Part shown: one piece after another, positions 45,648 to 55,280 of the stretch
Position numbering within the stretch: the stretch's first letter is position 1
Layout: each line of letters begins with the position of its first letter
Source of the DNA: Eubacteriales bacterium
Lineage (GTDB): Bacteria; Bacillota; Clostridia; Oscillospirales; CAG-272
Direction: 5' to 3'
DNA: 64,000 nucleotides
Assembly: GCA_045535815.1 (NCBI GenBank)
Contig: JAZSMJ010000068.1
Coordinates: 5,459-69,458, forward strand
Notes under the pieces: generated by a model
Database searches by the model: none
What the model was told of the DNA's origin: nothing
Seen by the model: only the letters and a program-made list of their open reading frames with translations
Position numbers and translations under genes: made by a program

Positions 45648-45989
45648 TCAATCGAGACAGCTTTTTGCAAGCTCTATCATTTTCTGTATATCTTCGGTAG
45701 AGCATTCGTCTATATGCTCAAGCCCGTAAACTATCTTTGCGATGTTTTCCTTCATCTGCGAAAACGTGCTGACCAAGGAAAGCTTGCTCTCGGCATCTGT
45801 AAGTATCTTTTCGGCTTTTTTTATTCTGTCACGGATACCCTGACGGGTGAAGCCGGTTATCTCGGAAATCTCCTGCAGGGAAAGATCCTCGTTATAATAA
45901 TATTCGAGAGCCTCACGCTGAGTAGGTGAGAGAAGCTCGCCGTAAAAGTCCAAAAGAAGAACGATGTCAGTGTTTTTGGCTTGTGCCAT
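45648..45989 (-). CDS. ylxM: YlxM/UPF0122 putative DNA-binding protein
   Basis: 113 aa with a sigma-70 region-4-like HTH, in the conserved position upstream of ffh. Confidence 0.8.
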   Translation of the reverse strand: MAQAKNTDIVLLLDFYGELLSPTQREALEYYYNEDLSLQEISEITGFTRQGIRDRIKKAEKILTDAESKLSLVSTFSQMKENIAKIVYGLEHIDECSTEDIQKMIELAKSCLD

Positions 45990-46076
45990 ATAATCATCGC
46001 CTCACTTTATATGCTGTAAAGCAAAACACTTTACATATTATAGCATCGCATATCCGTTTTGTCAAGGGGAAAATTT

Positions 46077-46106
46077 AAAAAAAGTCCCGATTGATCGGGA
46101 CTTTTT
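46077..46106 (-). terminator. Terminator of the dockerin-esterase gene
   Basis: agtcccga-ttga-tcgggact flanked by A7/T7. Confidence 0.75.
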
Positions 46107-48842
46107 TTACTCGCCGTAGCCTATAAGTGTCTGAATGACCGTATGAGCGTATGCACGCATTACGAAGTCGGTGGGATGGCAGATGTTATCGCTGAAATCA
46201 CGGTATCTCTTAGAATCGCATATTGAAAGGCTGAGTGACGTCATGGTTGCAACGGCACAGCTCTTGCCTTGCTCTGCAAAATCCTCACAAACGTCTATAT
46301 AGACGTCCTCAAACAGATGCTGATTCTTATACCAGTTGGTAGAGTCGATATTAGGAACCATGGTAGCAACCTGGAGAACGGGAAGATCCGGATCCATCTC
46401 GAACACCTTATTCATAAGCTGAGTGAATACTTCCTTCTCTTTTTCAACCGTGTAATCTCCGTCGTTCATACCGAAGCCGAGAACGAGAAGATCGCATCCG
46501 TACTCATCCGCAAGCTCCTTCACGTGCGTATTGAATGCGCTGATCGCATTCTCTCCCGTCCAGCCGGGAACGCCTGCGTTAAGCATATGTATGGTGCCGT
46601 TATCACCTAAAACTATCTCTTTTTCAACTATCTCTCTTGCACCTATAACCGAAAGCGGATGAAAATGAACCGTGTATCCGTATTTCTGAGCAAGATAGAG
46701 AACGACAAGCTCATTCCACGAGGGCATTCTCGGCTCACCGAAGGAAACGCTTGATGCCGCCGCACCGTAGGTTATGCTGTCACCGAAGAAGAGCACGGTA
46801 ACGTCCTCACCGCTCTCAAGCTTGTTTATAAAGCTATCGAAGCGCTCGGACCTGCACTCGACCTCATGACCGCTCCACTCTTCAGTATGCTTATAAGTAA
46901 CCACTACCTGATAGGTTGCGGTAGCGCCGAATGCGGTAGAGCGCTCAACGTCACCGTCCATGGTAAGAACGGTGTTTGAGGTATCGCTGAAATAGTAGTA
47001 TTCACGTGTCATATACGGAATGGACGTGCCCTCTAAAAGCACTATCTTTCCGTCCTCAACATCATAGTCAACGCCCTGCGTATAGGTCGTTTTGAGGTCA
47101 AAGCTCTTGACGGAGATTATCTCGGATATAGGGTAGAGCAGAGGTGCTTTATCCTCAAGTGTCAAGAAATTGACGGTCTCGTTATATACAGTGTCACCCG
47201 ACCATACTGGTGTCATATACTGATCAAAATCAAAGCTGAAATTAAGTCCTTCTATTATATCGTACATAGGTATGTCTCCTCCGGTAACGCCTCGCCAGTT
47301 GTCAACACCCCAGCTGCAAGCGCCGTTTGTATTCAATGTGAAATTAATATACTGTACCTTTTCGGGATCGAACGATGCTCCCGTTTCTGCGCCGTTCAAT
47401 CGAAGCGTAAGCGTGTTCCATCCGTCTTTTAATTTTGAAGTGTCGGGCAGCCATTTTGCCGTGTGCGTAGCTACCGGACCGTTTCTGCAGCTTGACATAT
47501 AGATCTCAAGTGAGCTTACCTTCGATTCATCCGAAACGTAGAGATCTATCTGCATATACGCTTCCTTGGTGATATCCGTATATGCCGCACTCTCTATTGG
47601 ATAGTCGGGAAGATCGGGAACTGTCGCAGCCCCCGGCTTTTCGGCATGTATATTTCCGCAGATAATGCTTGAGGCTGCAGAATCAGTCTGATTTGAAAGC
47701 CATCCGTCACCCTCGTTTTGTCCAAAGGAGCTCCACTGCATTCCCTGCGTTCCCCACCATACTCCGTTCTGAGCAGAGTCAAAGGTATGAAGCGTGGTAG
47801 AGGATTCCTGCTGAGAGCCGCCCATGGCTTCAAGATAAAGATCGTCTATATATACGTCCATTTCCTCGGTGGTATAAACGAAAAATCTGAAGGATGAAAG
47901 CGAGCTGTAGGCTATGGTATCGGTAGCGGCGCTTATATCAAGCGTGTAATCCACCCAGCCGTCCTGCGTGCTCGATAAGAAATAGTACCAGCAGGCAGGC
48001 TTTCCGTCTGCATCGTAAAGCTCAAGAGAGCTTACCGGAGCAGCCGAGGCCTTGCCTAAGTATACCGAAACGTGTATCTGACCGTTTATATATTCAAGTG
48101 CGTTCATTCCGCCAAGATTACCTGCAACGAGATAAAGATAATACGGAGCGGAATAGACGGGATCTATCATCTTAATCGAAGCCGAGCCCTCACGCATAAC
48201 CTCACCCGATGCCTCAAGATCAGATCCTATATTGGTGGTCAAGGCACCGACCTCTTCAAAGGTGCAAAGCTGAAGCTTTTTGGTCTGAGAGGGATATTCT
48301 GCAGACTGCGCTGTTTTGAGAAGATTGAATGCTATCAGACTTACGTCAAGTGCATCTCTGAATCCGTCACCGTTTAGGTCGGAGGCAGGGTAGGTTGCTT
48401 GTGCCGGGCTTTTGCCCATATCGAAGGCTATCTGCGAAACGTCAACGCTATCTATAAATCCGTCTCCCGTAATATCGCCGGGGATGAGCTCAGGTGATGA
48501 TATTTCGGGATCGCCCGATGCGGTAAGGTCTATATTTCCGTTTACCGTGATACCGGTGATCTTATAGGATAGCGCTCCGGGCTTTGATATAACGAGATCG
48601 TACTCTCCGCCGTTTGGTACTGATATGGAAAAGGTCTCGGTGTTCTTTCCTTTTTCAATAGCGGGATCGAGCGTTATTTCGGATACAGTTTCATCGCGTT
48701 GCATAATTTTAATGCTTGTCTCAAATCCGTTATTATAAGCGGTAAAGCTTCCGCTTATTTCATAATCCGAGGCAAAGATCGGCAAAGCGCAGATGCAAAG
48801 GGATGCCAATATCATAATTGCAAATTTTAATAAATGTCTCAT
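46107..48842 (-). CDS. Secreted dockerin-containing protein with two CBM-like beta-sandwich domains and a C-terminal SGNH/GDSL hydrolase (carbohydrate esterase-like)
   Basis: It has a signal peptide. The N-terminal Ig-like + dockerin module (GDITGDGFIDSVDVS...DLNGDGFRDALDVS) is homologous to that of 8507..10726. The C-terminus has SGNH blocks FFGDSITYG, GFGMNDG and a terminal CHPTD. Confidence 0.75.
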   Translation of the reverse strand: MRHLLKFAIMILASLCICALPIFASDYEISGSFTAYNNGFETSIKIMQRDETVSEITLDPAIEKGKNTETFSISVPNGGEYDLVISKPGALSYKITGITVNGNIDLTASGDPEISSPELIPGDITGDGFIDSVDVSQIAFDMGKSPAQATYPASDLNGDGFRDALDVSLIAFNLLKTAQSAEYPSQTKKLQLCTFEEVGALTTNIGSDLEASGEVMREGSASIKMIDPVYSAPYYLYLVAGNLGGMNALEYINGQIHVSVYLGKASAAPVSSLELYDADGKPACWYYFLSSTQDGWVDYTLDISAATDTIAYSSLSSFRFFVYTTEEMDVYIDDLYLEAMGGSQQESSTTLHTFDSAQNGVWWGTQGMQWSSFGQNEGDGWLSNQTDSAASSIICGNIHAEKPGAATVPDLPDYPIESAAYTDITKEAYMQIDLYVSDESKVSSLEIYMSSCRNGPVATHTAKWLPDTSKLKDGWNTLTLRLNGAETGASFDPEKVQYINFTLNTNGACSWGVDNWRGVTGGDIPMYDIIEGLNFSFDFDQYMTPVWSGDTVYNETVNFLTLEDKAPLLYPISEIISVKSFDLKTTYTQGVDYDVEDGKIVLLEGTSIPYMTREYYYFSDTSNTVLTMDGDVERSTAFGATATYQVVVTYKHTEEWSGHEVECRSERFDSFINKLESGEDVTVLFFGDSITYGAAASSVSFGEPRMPSWNELVVLYLAQKYGYTVHFHPLSVIGAREIVEKEIVLGDNGTIHMLNAGVPGWTGENAISAFNTHVKELADEYGCDLLVLGFGMNDGDYTVEKEKEVFTQLMNKVFEMDPDLPVLQVATMVPNIDSTNWYKNQHLFEDVYIDVCEDFAEQGKSCAVATMTSLSLSICDSKRYRDFSDNICHPTDFVMRAYAHTVIQTLIGYGE

Positions 48843-48869
48843 AGGCTTTCATTTTCTAAATTATAGAGT

Positions 48870-51176
48870 CTATTTGATATATTCTCTCGGTACTAATACC
48901 GCAACCATTTCGTCACTATCGGTCATAAGACAAATGAACGCAGGCCAAGAGAGATCACTCAAATCACCCTTATTGAATGGAGGCTCATCATAATTTTCAA
49001 TATTGAGAATTCGACATTTTTTCGGATCTATTTCTTTGGTATATTCCGTAAAAGTACTCTCATTCCAATAATTGAAATTCTCATCTATAACGCAATACTG
49101 AGCACTATTCTGCCAGCCCTCCTCGAAAAGATCGTCAATAATCAATTCCTCGCCCGTTTCTGTGTTAAAGTAAAAAGTAAAATTGAAGCGTCGGTAATGG
49201 CCGTCAAGGATCGGCAGCTCTCCGTATTCGTCATTATTGTTATAGATTAGCGTATTTGTTCCGTCGAACTCGATATATCTGTTACCGTGAACGGACAGAT
49301 AGAAGTTCGGGAAAGGACCGACTTCCATACTTTCATAGATAATGCCAGCATTGTTTAGCAGCTCGGCAAGCTTTTCATTTGTAAAATGATCTTCGTAGGT
49401 ATTTTTTACAAACGAATTGATTTTGTCACATACTTCGTCGGAAATAGAGGTCTTATCCTTATCGAGATACCAAATTCCCATTCTGTCTATCTCTTCACCA
49501 TATCCGATATCGGAAGATGAGTAGATGTCCAAACATTTATAAACTGGGGTTTCTTCATCTATAGGTCCTGCCATATCACGAGGCACGCTTGTTACCATAT
49601 GTTTGTAAATTCCGTAAAGGGATAACTCCACTCCGTCTGCAAAGCATGTCCCTGGTTTAAATATGATACTGTCTATTGTAAAAGCAAAGTTTCCATCATA
49701 AAGCCCCTTGAAATCGCTTAGCATATCATGTGTGGATCCCCAGCTTGAATATGGCATTTCTGCTTCGCTTGCAAGGTGTTTATTAAGCAGCGGAACAAAA
49801 TCATCTCCCTCAAAAAACAGATCGGACAGTTCAAGCTGCTTACCTGTATAGATATCAAATACAGCAGTACGAACATCATAGTAGTAAAAAGGGGAATCTT
49901 GAACGCCGAAGCTATATCTCAATCCTACAGCAACGCTCAAATAACCGTTTAATATCTTTTTTTCAGTAAGTATGGTAGTATCACAATATGCAGAACGGGA
50001 ATCAAGAAACTCTTGCATCTTATCTTTGTCGATTTTCGATAACTCATCTGTAGCTTTGGTTATAAAATCTTCGATCTGTTGATCAAGGCCCTCAATGGTG
50101 AATGAGTTGCTTGACCATGCTTTGCACTGATAGTAGCAGTCTGCCACTGTCTCTGGCTTTGCAATACCTGAGGTGCCAAGCGAGGTATATAATGTTTTTC
50201 CTGTAGACTCCGGCAGGGTAAGTCCGTCAACCTTACGGTAAGGTATGTATCCGGCATCAGCAATCACCTGCTGTCCTTCGTCCGATTGAATCCATTTCAC
50301 AAGGGCGCGTACATTAGAGTCATCAGGTTCATCTGCGGAAAATACCGCGTAGTTATATCCGAGAAGAGGGTAACTTCCGTCTGCAAGAGTTGTAAGCGAC
50401 GGCTCAACACCGTTTACCTTGATGTATTTGATTTTTGAAATATTCTCATACATTCCATCGGAATATGCATAAACAGAATATCCGATAGCATCAATGCCGT
50501 TATCGTAATTTGCGATTACATCAAGAATTCCGGACATTGTGGCGGGTATTTCGTCGGTTATCGGCTTCATAAGCTTGGTATCGCCCATAAAGGACAGCAT
50601 ATAGTTCTGACTGCCGGAATCGGCATTGCGCTGATATGCGATGATCTCTGCATCATTGCCACCGACATCTTTCCAGTTTGTGATCTCACCGGAGTAGATT
50701 CTCTTAAGTTGTTCAACAGTGAGAGTATCTACGGGATTATCCTTATTTACCACGAATACAAATCCTTCTCCCGCAACCGGTTCAGCTTCATGGAAAAAAA
50801 CATCGCGCTCCATTATTCGAAGCTGCTCTGCAGACAGAGGAGTAGTAAAAATCAGCTCGCATTTACCCTCAAGCAGATTATAAAACGCGGTATAGGTTTT
50901 TGAATGTGATGAAAGTTGTTCGCCACCTAGAATGGCGCTTTTTACTGCGTTGTCCAAATTGATTGTTGAAGTTGAACCGTCAGTAATCGGGTAGACAAAA
51001 TCTTCGGGAAGTGTATATGTATTTGGCATTACAGTATCAGGAGAGCAGGAATTTGCAGTTGTTTCTTCGATGATTGAATCGTGATTAATTGGATTATCAT
51101 CGTTATTTGGCGTTGTATTGCATGCACTGAGAAAAAGCACCGCGCACAGTAAAATTATAAGTGTTGTTTTTTTCAT
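48870..51176 (-). CDS. Lipoprotein: PstS-like periplasmic-binding domain fused to two DUF3298/RsiV-like modules
   Basis: Lipobox LSAC. The segment LTVEQLKRIYSGEITNWKDVGGNDAEIIAYQRNADSGSQ is typical of PstS-family binding domains. Two C-terminal segments end in ...TGKQLELSDLF and ...TGEELIIDDLF (family names from memory). ATG at 51176 follows an AAGGAGAG RBS. Confidence 0.6.
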   Translation of the reverse strand: MKKTTLIILLCAVLFLSACNTTPNNDDNPINHDSIIEETTANSCSPDTVMPNTYTLPEDFVYPITDGSTSTINLDNAVKSAILGGEQLSSHSKTYTAFYNLLEGKCELIFTTPLSAEQLRIMERDVFFHEAEPVAGEGFVFVVNKDNPVDTLTVEQLKRIYSGEITNWKDVGGNDAEIIAYQRNADSGSQNYMLSFMGDTKLMKPITDEIPATMSGILDVIANYDNGIDAIGYSVYAYSDGMYENISKIKYIKVNGVEPSLTTLADGSYPLLGYNYAVFSADEPDDSNVRALVKWIQSDEGQQVIADAGYIPYRKVDGLTLPESTGKTLYTSLGTSGIAKPETVADCYYQCKAWSSNSFTIEGLDQQIEDFITKATDELSKIDKDKMQEFLDSRSAYCDTTILTEKKILNGYLSVAVGLRYSFGVQDSPFYYYDVRTAVFDIYTGKQLELSDLFFEGDDFVPLLNKHLASEAEMPYSSWGSTHDMLSDFKGLYDGNFAFTIDSIIFKPGTCFADGVELSLYGIYKHMVTSVPRDMAGPIDEETPVYKCLDIYSSSDIGYGEEIDRMGIWYLDKDKTSISDEVCDKINSFVKNTYEDHFTNEKLAELLNNAGIIYESMEVGPFPNFYLSVHGNRYIEFDGTNTLIYNNNDEYGELPILDGHYRRFNFTFYFNTETGEELIIDDLFEEGWQNSAQYCVIDENFNYWNESTFTEYTKEIDPKKCRILNIENYDEPPFNKGDLSDLSWPAFICLMTDSDEMVAVLVPREYIK

Positions 51177-51244
51177 AATCTCTCCTTTCAAAGCGCAAAA
51201 GATTTGTTTACTTCATTATATATTTAACAGCAGACTTTGTCAAC

Positions 51245-51267
51245 AAAAAAACATCGCACAGCGATGT
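51245..51267 (-). terminator. Terminator of thrS
   Basis: acatcgc-aca-gcgatgt plus a U-run on the minus strand. Confidence 0.6.
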
Positions 51268-51286
51268 ACGATGTTTTTTGAATCTA

Positions 51287-53179
51287 TCAGAATTTTTCAA
51301 ACGTTTCGATCTGCTTGAGGGCCATTTCGATAAAGTCTGCCTTGGACATAACGCCCTTATCGACACCGCCTCTCTGACGTACCGCAACCGTGCCGTCAGC
51401 AACCTCTTTTTCACCGATAACGAGCATATAAGGTACCTTCTGAAGCTGTGCTTCTCTTATCTTATAGCCGATCTTTTCGTTTCTTGCATCAAGCTCAACT
51501 CTCATGCCGTTCTTTTCAAGCTCTTTCTTGAACTCTTCTGCATATGCAACGTGATCGTTTCCGATGGGAAGAAGCTTGATCTGAGTGGGAGCCATCCAGA
51601 GAGGAAGTGCGCCTGCATATTTTTCGATAAGAAGCGCAAGCGTTCTCTCGTAGCATCCGAGGGAGGTTCTGTGGATAATGTAAGGAGTAGCGGCCTGGTT
51701 ATTGCTGTCAGTATACTCCATACCGAACTTCTTTGCGAGAAGCATATCTATCTGTATGGTAATAAGGGTATCTTCCTTACCGTAAACGTTCTTTATCTGG
51801 ATATCGAGCTTAGGTCCGTAGAATGCCGCCTCGTCTATACCTATCTTATAGTCGATGCCGAGCTTGTCAAGAAGCTCACCCATTATGCGCTGAGCCTCAT
51901 CCCACTGCTCCGCAGTTCCTTCGTACTTAGCAGTGTTGTTGGGATCCCACTGAGAGAATCTGAAGGATGCGTCCTCGTAAAGTCCGAGAGTCTTGAGCAT
52001 ATAAACCGCAAGGTCAAGACAGCCCTTGAATTCCTCCTCGAGCTGATCGGGAGTAAGGATTAGATGTCCTTCGGATATTGTAAACTGACGCACTCTTATA
52101 AGACCGTGCATCTCGCCCGAATCCTCGTTACGGAAGAGGGTTGACGTTTCGCCAAGTCTCATGGGGAGATCTCTGTACGAACGCTTTTTGTTTAAGAATA
52201 CCTGATACTGGAAGGGGCAGGTCATAGGTCTTAATGCAAAGCATTCCTTGGTTTCATCGTTGGGATCTCCGAGAACGAACATTCCGTCAAGGTAGTGATC
52301 CCAGTGACCGGAGATCTTATAAAGGTCAGACTTTGCCATAAGAGGAGTCTTTGTCAGAAGATAACCTCTTCTCTGTTCCTCGTCCTCAACGAATCTCTGA
52401 AGTATCTGTATAGTTCTTGCGCCCTTGGGGAGCATTATCGGCAGACCCTGACCGATAACGTCAACGGTCGTGAAGTATTCGAGCTCACGTCCGAGCTTGT
52501 TGTGGTCTCTCTTTCTTGCCTCAGCAACCTGCTCAAGATAAGCGTTCAGCTCGTCCTTCTTGGGGAATGCAGTACCGTATACTCTCTGAAGGACTTTATT
52601 GTTCGAGTTTCCTTCCCAGTAAGCGCCCGTGCACTGCGTAAGCTTGAATGCCTTAACCGCACCGGTAGAGAAGAGGTGCGGGCCTGCGCACAGATCAACG
52701 AAGTCGCCCTGGCGGTAGAAGGAGATATCGTCTCCCTCGGGAATTCTGTCTATAAGAAGAACCTTGTAGGGCTCGTTCTTTTCTTCCATAAGCTTTTTAG
52801 CTTCATCTCTCGGAAGGGTAAATCTTTCGATCTTAAGGTCTTCCTTTACTATCTTAGCCATCTCACCCTCTATCTTTTCAAGGATATCGGGGGAGAAGGC
52901 GGTATCGCTGTCGATATCGTAATAGAATCCGTTGTCAACGGACGGACCTATAGTCAGCTTTGCATCGGGGTAAAGGCGCTTGACTGCCTGCGCAAGAATA
53001 TGGGATGCGGTATGCCAGAAAACCTTTTTGCCTTCTGCGTCTTCAAATGTCAGAGGCTTAACGGTATCGTTATCACCTATCTCGCAGGTGAGAGCAACTG
53101 TAGCTCCGTTTACCTCGGCAGCGATAACGGCACGGCTCATAAGGCCGGCATCTTTAAGAAATTCGTAAGCTGTTTTCAT
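51287..53179 (-). CDS. thrS: Threonyl-tRNA synthetase
   Basis: 630 aa with TGS, editing, class II core and anticodon domains. It is preceded by a T-box with an ACC specifier candidate. Confidence 0.95.
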   Translation of the reverse strand: MKTAYEFLKDAGLMSRAVIAAEVNGATVALTCEIGDNDTVKPLTFEDAEGKKVFWHTASHILAQAVKRLYPDAKLTIGPSVDNGFYYDIDSDTAFSPDILEKIEGEMAKIVKEDLKIERFTLPRDEAKKLMEEKNEPYKVLLIDRIPEGDDISFYRQGDFVDLCAGPHLFSTGAVKAFKLTQCTGAYWEGNSNNKVLQRVYGTAFPKKDELNAYLEQVAEARKRDHNKLGRELEYFTTVDVIGQGLPIMLPKGARTIQILQRFVEDEEQRRGYLLTKTPLMAKSDLYKISGHWDHYLDGMFVLGDPNDETKECFALRPMTCPFQYQVFLNKKRSYRDLPMRLGETSTLFRNEDSGEMHGLIRVRQFTISEGHLILTPDQLEEEFKGCLDLAVYMLKTLGLYEDASFRFSQWDPNNTAKYEGTAEQWDEAQRIMGELLDKLGIDYKIGIDEAAFYGPKLDIQIKNVYGKEDTLITIQIDMLLAKKFGMEYTDSNNQAATPYIIHRTSLGCYERTLALLIEKYAGALPLWMAPTQIKLLPIGNDHVAYAEEFKKELEKNGMRVELDARNEKIGYKIREAQLQKVPYMLVIGEKEVADGTVAVRQRGGVDKGVMSKADFIEMALKQIETFEKF

Positions 53180-53235
53180 AAATAAACCTCCATTTTCCGC
53201 AATATGCGGTATATCTAAAATTATTTTTTTTCAAC

Positions 53236-53514
53236 AAAAAACGGCAGACCGAAAAGGTCTGCCGGGGTGTGGATTCATAGTTATCCGCACGGTTCCACCC
53301 GAGAGTTTAACTCATTTAAGAACATATTAACGTAGGATACCGGTGGTACCTCTTACGGTTTTACGGCGGAGCTTTCAGCCTGCAGACTCCGTTCTCTGTG
53401 CGTAAAATAATCGCAAAAGACATGTCCTGTATCCGGGCACTTCCTTGACAAAAGGGACTTTTTGTGATAGACTGATAAAGTTAAATATCACGAAAAAAAG
53501 CCTTTCTATGCCTT
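53236..53514 (-). promoter_or_regulatory. T-box leader (Thr) with terminator/antiterminator
   Basis: The minus-strand T-box core CTCTCGGGTGGAACCGTGCGG is the reverse complement of 53285-53305. The terminator cggcagacc-gaaaa-ggtctgccg plus U-run lies at 53236-53264. The candidate specifier is AAAACCG, containing the ACC codon. Confidence 0.75.
53445..53473 (+). promoter_or_regulatory. Possible divergent promoter for 53598..54539
   Basis: TTGACA-17 nt-TAGACT. Confidence 0.4.
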
Positions 53515-53520
53515 TTAATG

Positions 53521-53549
53521 AGTATAGCACAGACTTTTTCGGATGTCAA
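53521..53549 (-). promoter_or_regulatory. Sigma-A-type promoter of the thrS leader
   Basis: On the minus strand: TTGACA (53544-53549), 17 nt, TATACT (53521-53526). Confidence 0.6.
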
Positions 53550-53597
53550 GCATTTTTTGATTTAATTTTTTTGGCAAAGCGGTAAAGAACGTATATC

Positions 53598-54539
53598 ATG
53601 GACAGTATTTTGGATAAATTTGAATTTGACGAAAAGAACATAAAAAATTCCGATTACACACGCAGTATCCTATCGGAAGCGGTGCGGTGCGGTGTTATAT
53701 CCCAAGCTGAAATGCAAACGGTGAGAAACGGCATGAGTGAGCTTTTCGGCGAGATAATGAAGGGATATGACAAATATATCGGCATCAGACCCGATGCAGA
53801 TATATTTTCGGGTCAGCTTTTTATATTTGACGTGTATCTTCGTTCACTTGATTCGCATATGGAAGCAGTGAAGGCACTCATTTCAAGACCCTTGCAGGAT
53901 ATCAGAGCCGAAGGAGTAAAACTGCTCAAAAAGACTGTCGCTGAGACTATGGCGCTATTGGTTAAGGCAAGGCAGACGAGGCTGCCCATCGACTGCAGAG
54001 TATATTCACAAACGCTTGAATGCACTCTGAAAAACGCACTCAGACAGTACGATACAGAATACTTTCCGCAGATGATATGCGAAGGTGCGGAGTATCCCAT
54101 ATATTCTCCTCCGTACGGTCTTAGGGGCATCTTTTATCTCAGAGCGTACGTGCTGGGTCTGATAGTTGAAAATGAGTTCTGTATGTCCTACGGTAAGGAT
54201 GAGCTCGCTTCGCTCTACAGCTCTCTCTGTTCAATGCGAGGAGTAGCGGAGGATGAGTTTGCGGATAATATATACTCCGCAGTTTATGCAAACGCACTGC
54301 TTTGCGAATATCTGAAAAAGGATCCCCTCAGTATAACGGCATACGACTGTCACGTTATTGAAAATCTTCTGGGGCATATGAGCGAGAGCGAGGAGAAGGC
54401 AATACTTCAAAGGGCAGCAGATCTTTTGCCCTGCAGCAAGCTGCCGTACAGCCTGCGCAGTCATTCAAAAATGCTCCCGGGTATGCTGAAGGCGGTAAGA
54501 CATAAGCGGCTTAATAAATATCTGGTAATTACGGAATGA
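53598..54539 (+). CDS. Hypothetical protein (all-helical, no recognised domain)
   Basis: 313-aa ORF in a coding-like context. No motif was recognised. Confidence 0.5.
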   Translation: MDSILDKFEFDEKNIKNSDYTRSILSEAVRCGVISQAEMQTVRNGMSELFGEIMKGYDKYIGIRPDADIFSGQLFIFDVYLRSLDSHMEAVKALISRPLQDIRAEGVKLLKKTVAETMALLVKARQTRLPIDCRVYSQTLECTLKNALRQYDTEYFPQMICEGAEYPIYSPPYGLRGIFYLRAYVLGLIVENEFCMSYGKDELASLYSSLCSMRGVAEDEFADNIYSAVYANALLCEYLKKDPLSITAYDCHVIENLLGHMSESEEKAILQRAADLLPCSKLPYSLRSHSKMLPGMLKAVRHKRLNKYLVITE

Positions 54540-54567
54540 TAAACTTCATATTTATTGGAGAAAGTAT

Positions 54568-55260
54568 ATGATACGTATTGATGACGAAAGCCCGATGACA
54601 GAGCAAAAATACAACCTCGTTATCCCTATTGACGTTATTTGCTATAAGGACGGAAGAGAGGAGATATTCGTCTATCCTTCATTTAAAAATACTGCCGAAA
54701 TGCTTGAGAGGGATCATTCGGGTGCTCTTATATCAGAGGAGACGATAGAGCTTATCCATTCGCAGATAAAGGATAAGGTAAGAGAATACGGATATGAGGC
54801 GGATGAGCAAACACGTAAGAATACGCTTCACGTTTATTCGGTGCCCGATATATCCGAGCTTGAGGCAGATGAGCTTTATTGCGAGCTTATACAGGAGAAT
54901 ACCGTTTCTGCGCAGGAGATCAGCGGCATAGAGGATATGGAAAATCTGACAGACCTTCCGATAGATACGGATATTGCCTTCGTTACAGTAGAGGACGGTA
55001 AGATAGTTTCCGTGGCAACCTTAAATCCGCACGAGGACGGAGATATAATGCCCGAGATAACCGCCACCACCGCACAGGGCTATGAGGGCAGGGGGTACGG
55101 AACGTCAAACGTATGTGCTCTTGCGCTTTGGCTTATTTCAAACGGAATGGGCGGCTCGTACACCTGCGAGAGTGACAATCCTTCATCTGAAAGGATCGCC
55201 TTAAAGGCAGGCTTTACACACGATGCAGACGCATATTATTACGTCTGCTATGAGATTTGA
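54568..55260 (+). CDS. Hypothetical protein with a GNAT-acetyltransferase-like C-terminus
   Basis: The C-terminus ...AQGYEGRGYGTSNVCALALWLISNG...ERIALKAGF resembles the GNAT acetyl-CoA-binding motif. Confidence 0.5.
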   Translation: MIRIDDESPMTEQKYNLVIPIDVICYKDGREEIFVYPSFKNTAEMLERDHSGALISEETIELIHSQIKDKVREYGYEADEQTRKNTLHVYSVPDISELEADELYCELIQENTVSAQEISGIEDMENLTDLPIDTDIAFVTVEDGKIVSVATLNPHEDGDIMPEITATTAQGYEGRGYGTSNVCALALWLISNGMGGSYTCESDNPSSERIALKAGFTHDADAYYYVCYEI

Positions 55261-55280
55261 TTTTGATCGGAGAATAGAAA

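Noticed and set aside
53335-53352. Plus-strand CCGGTGGTACC, which resembles the T-box core.
   Set aside because: It is on the wrong strand for thrS and contains the palindromic GGTACC. The functional T-box core and terminator are on the minus strand at 53236-53305.
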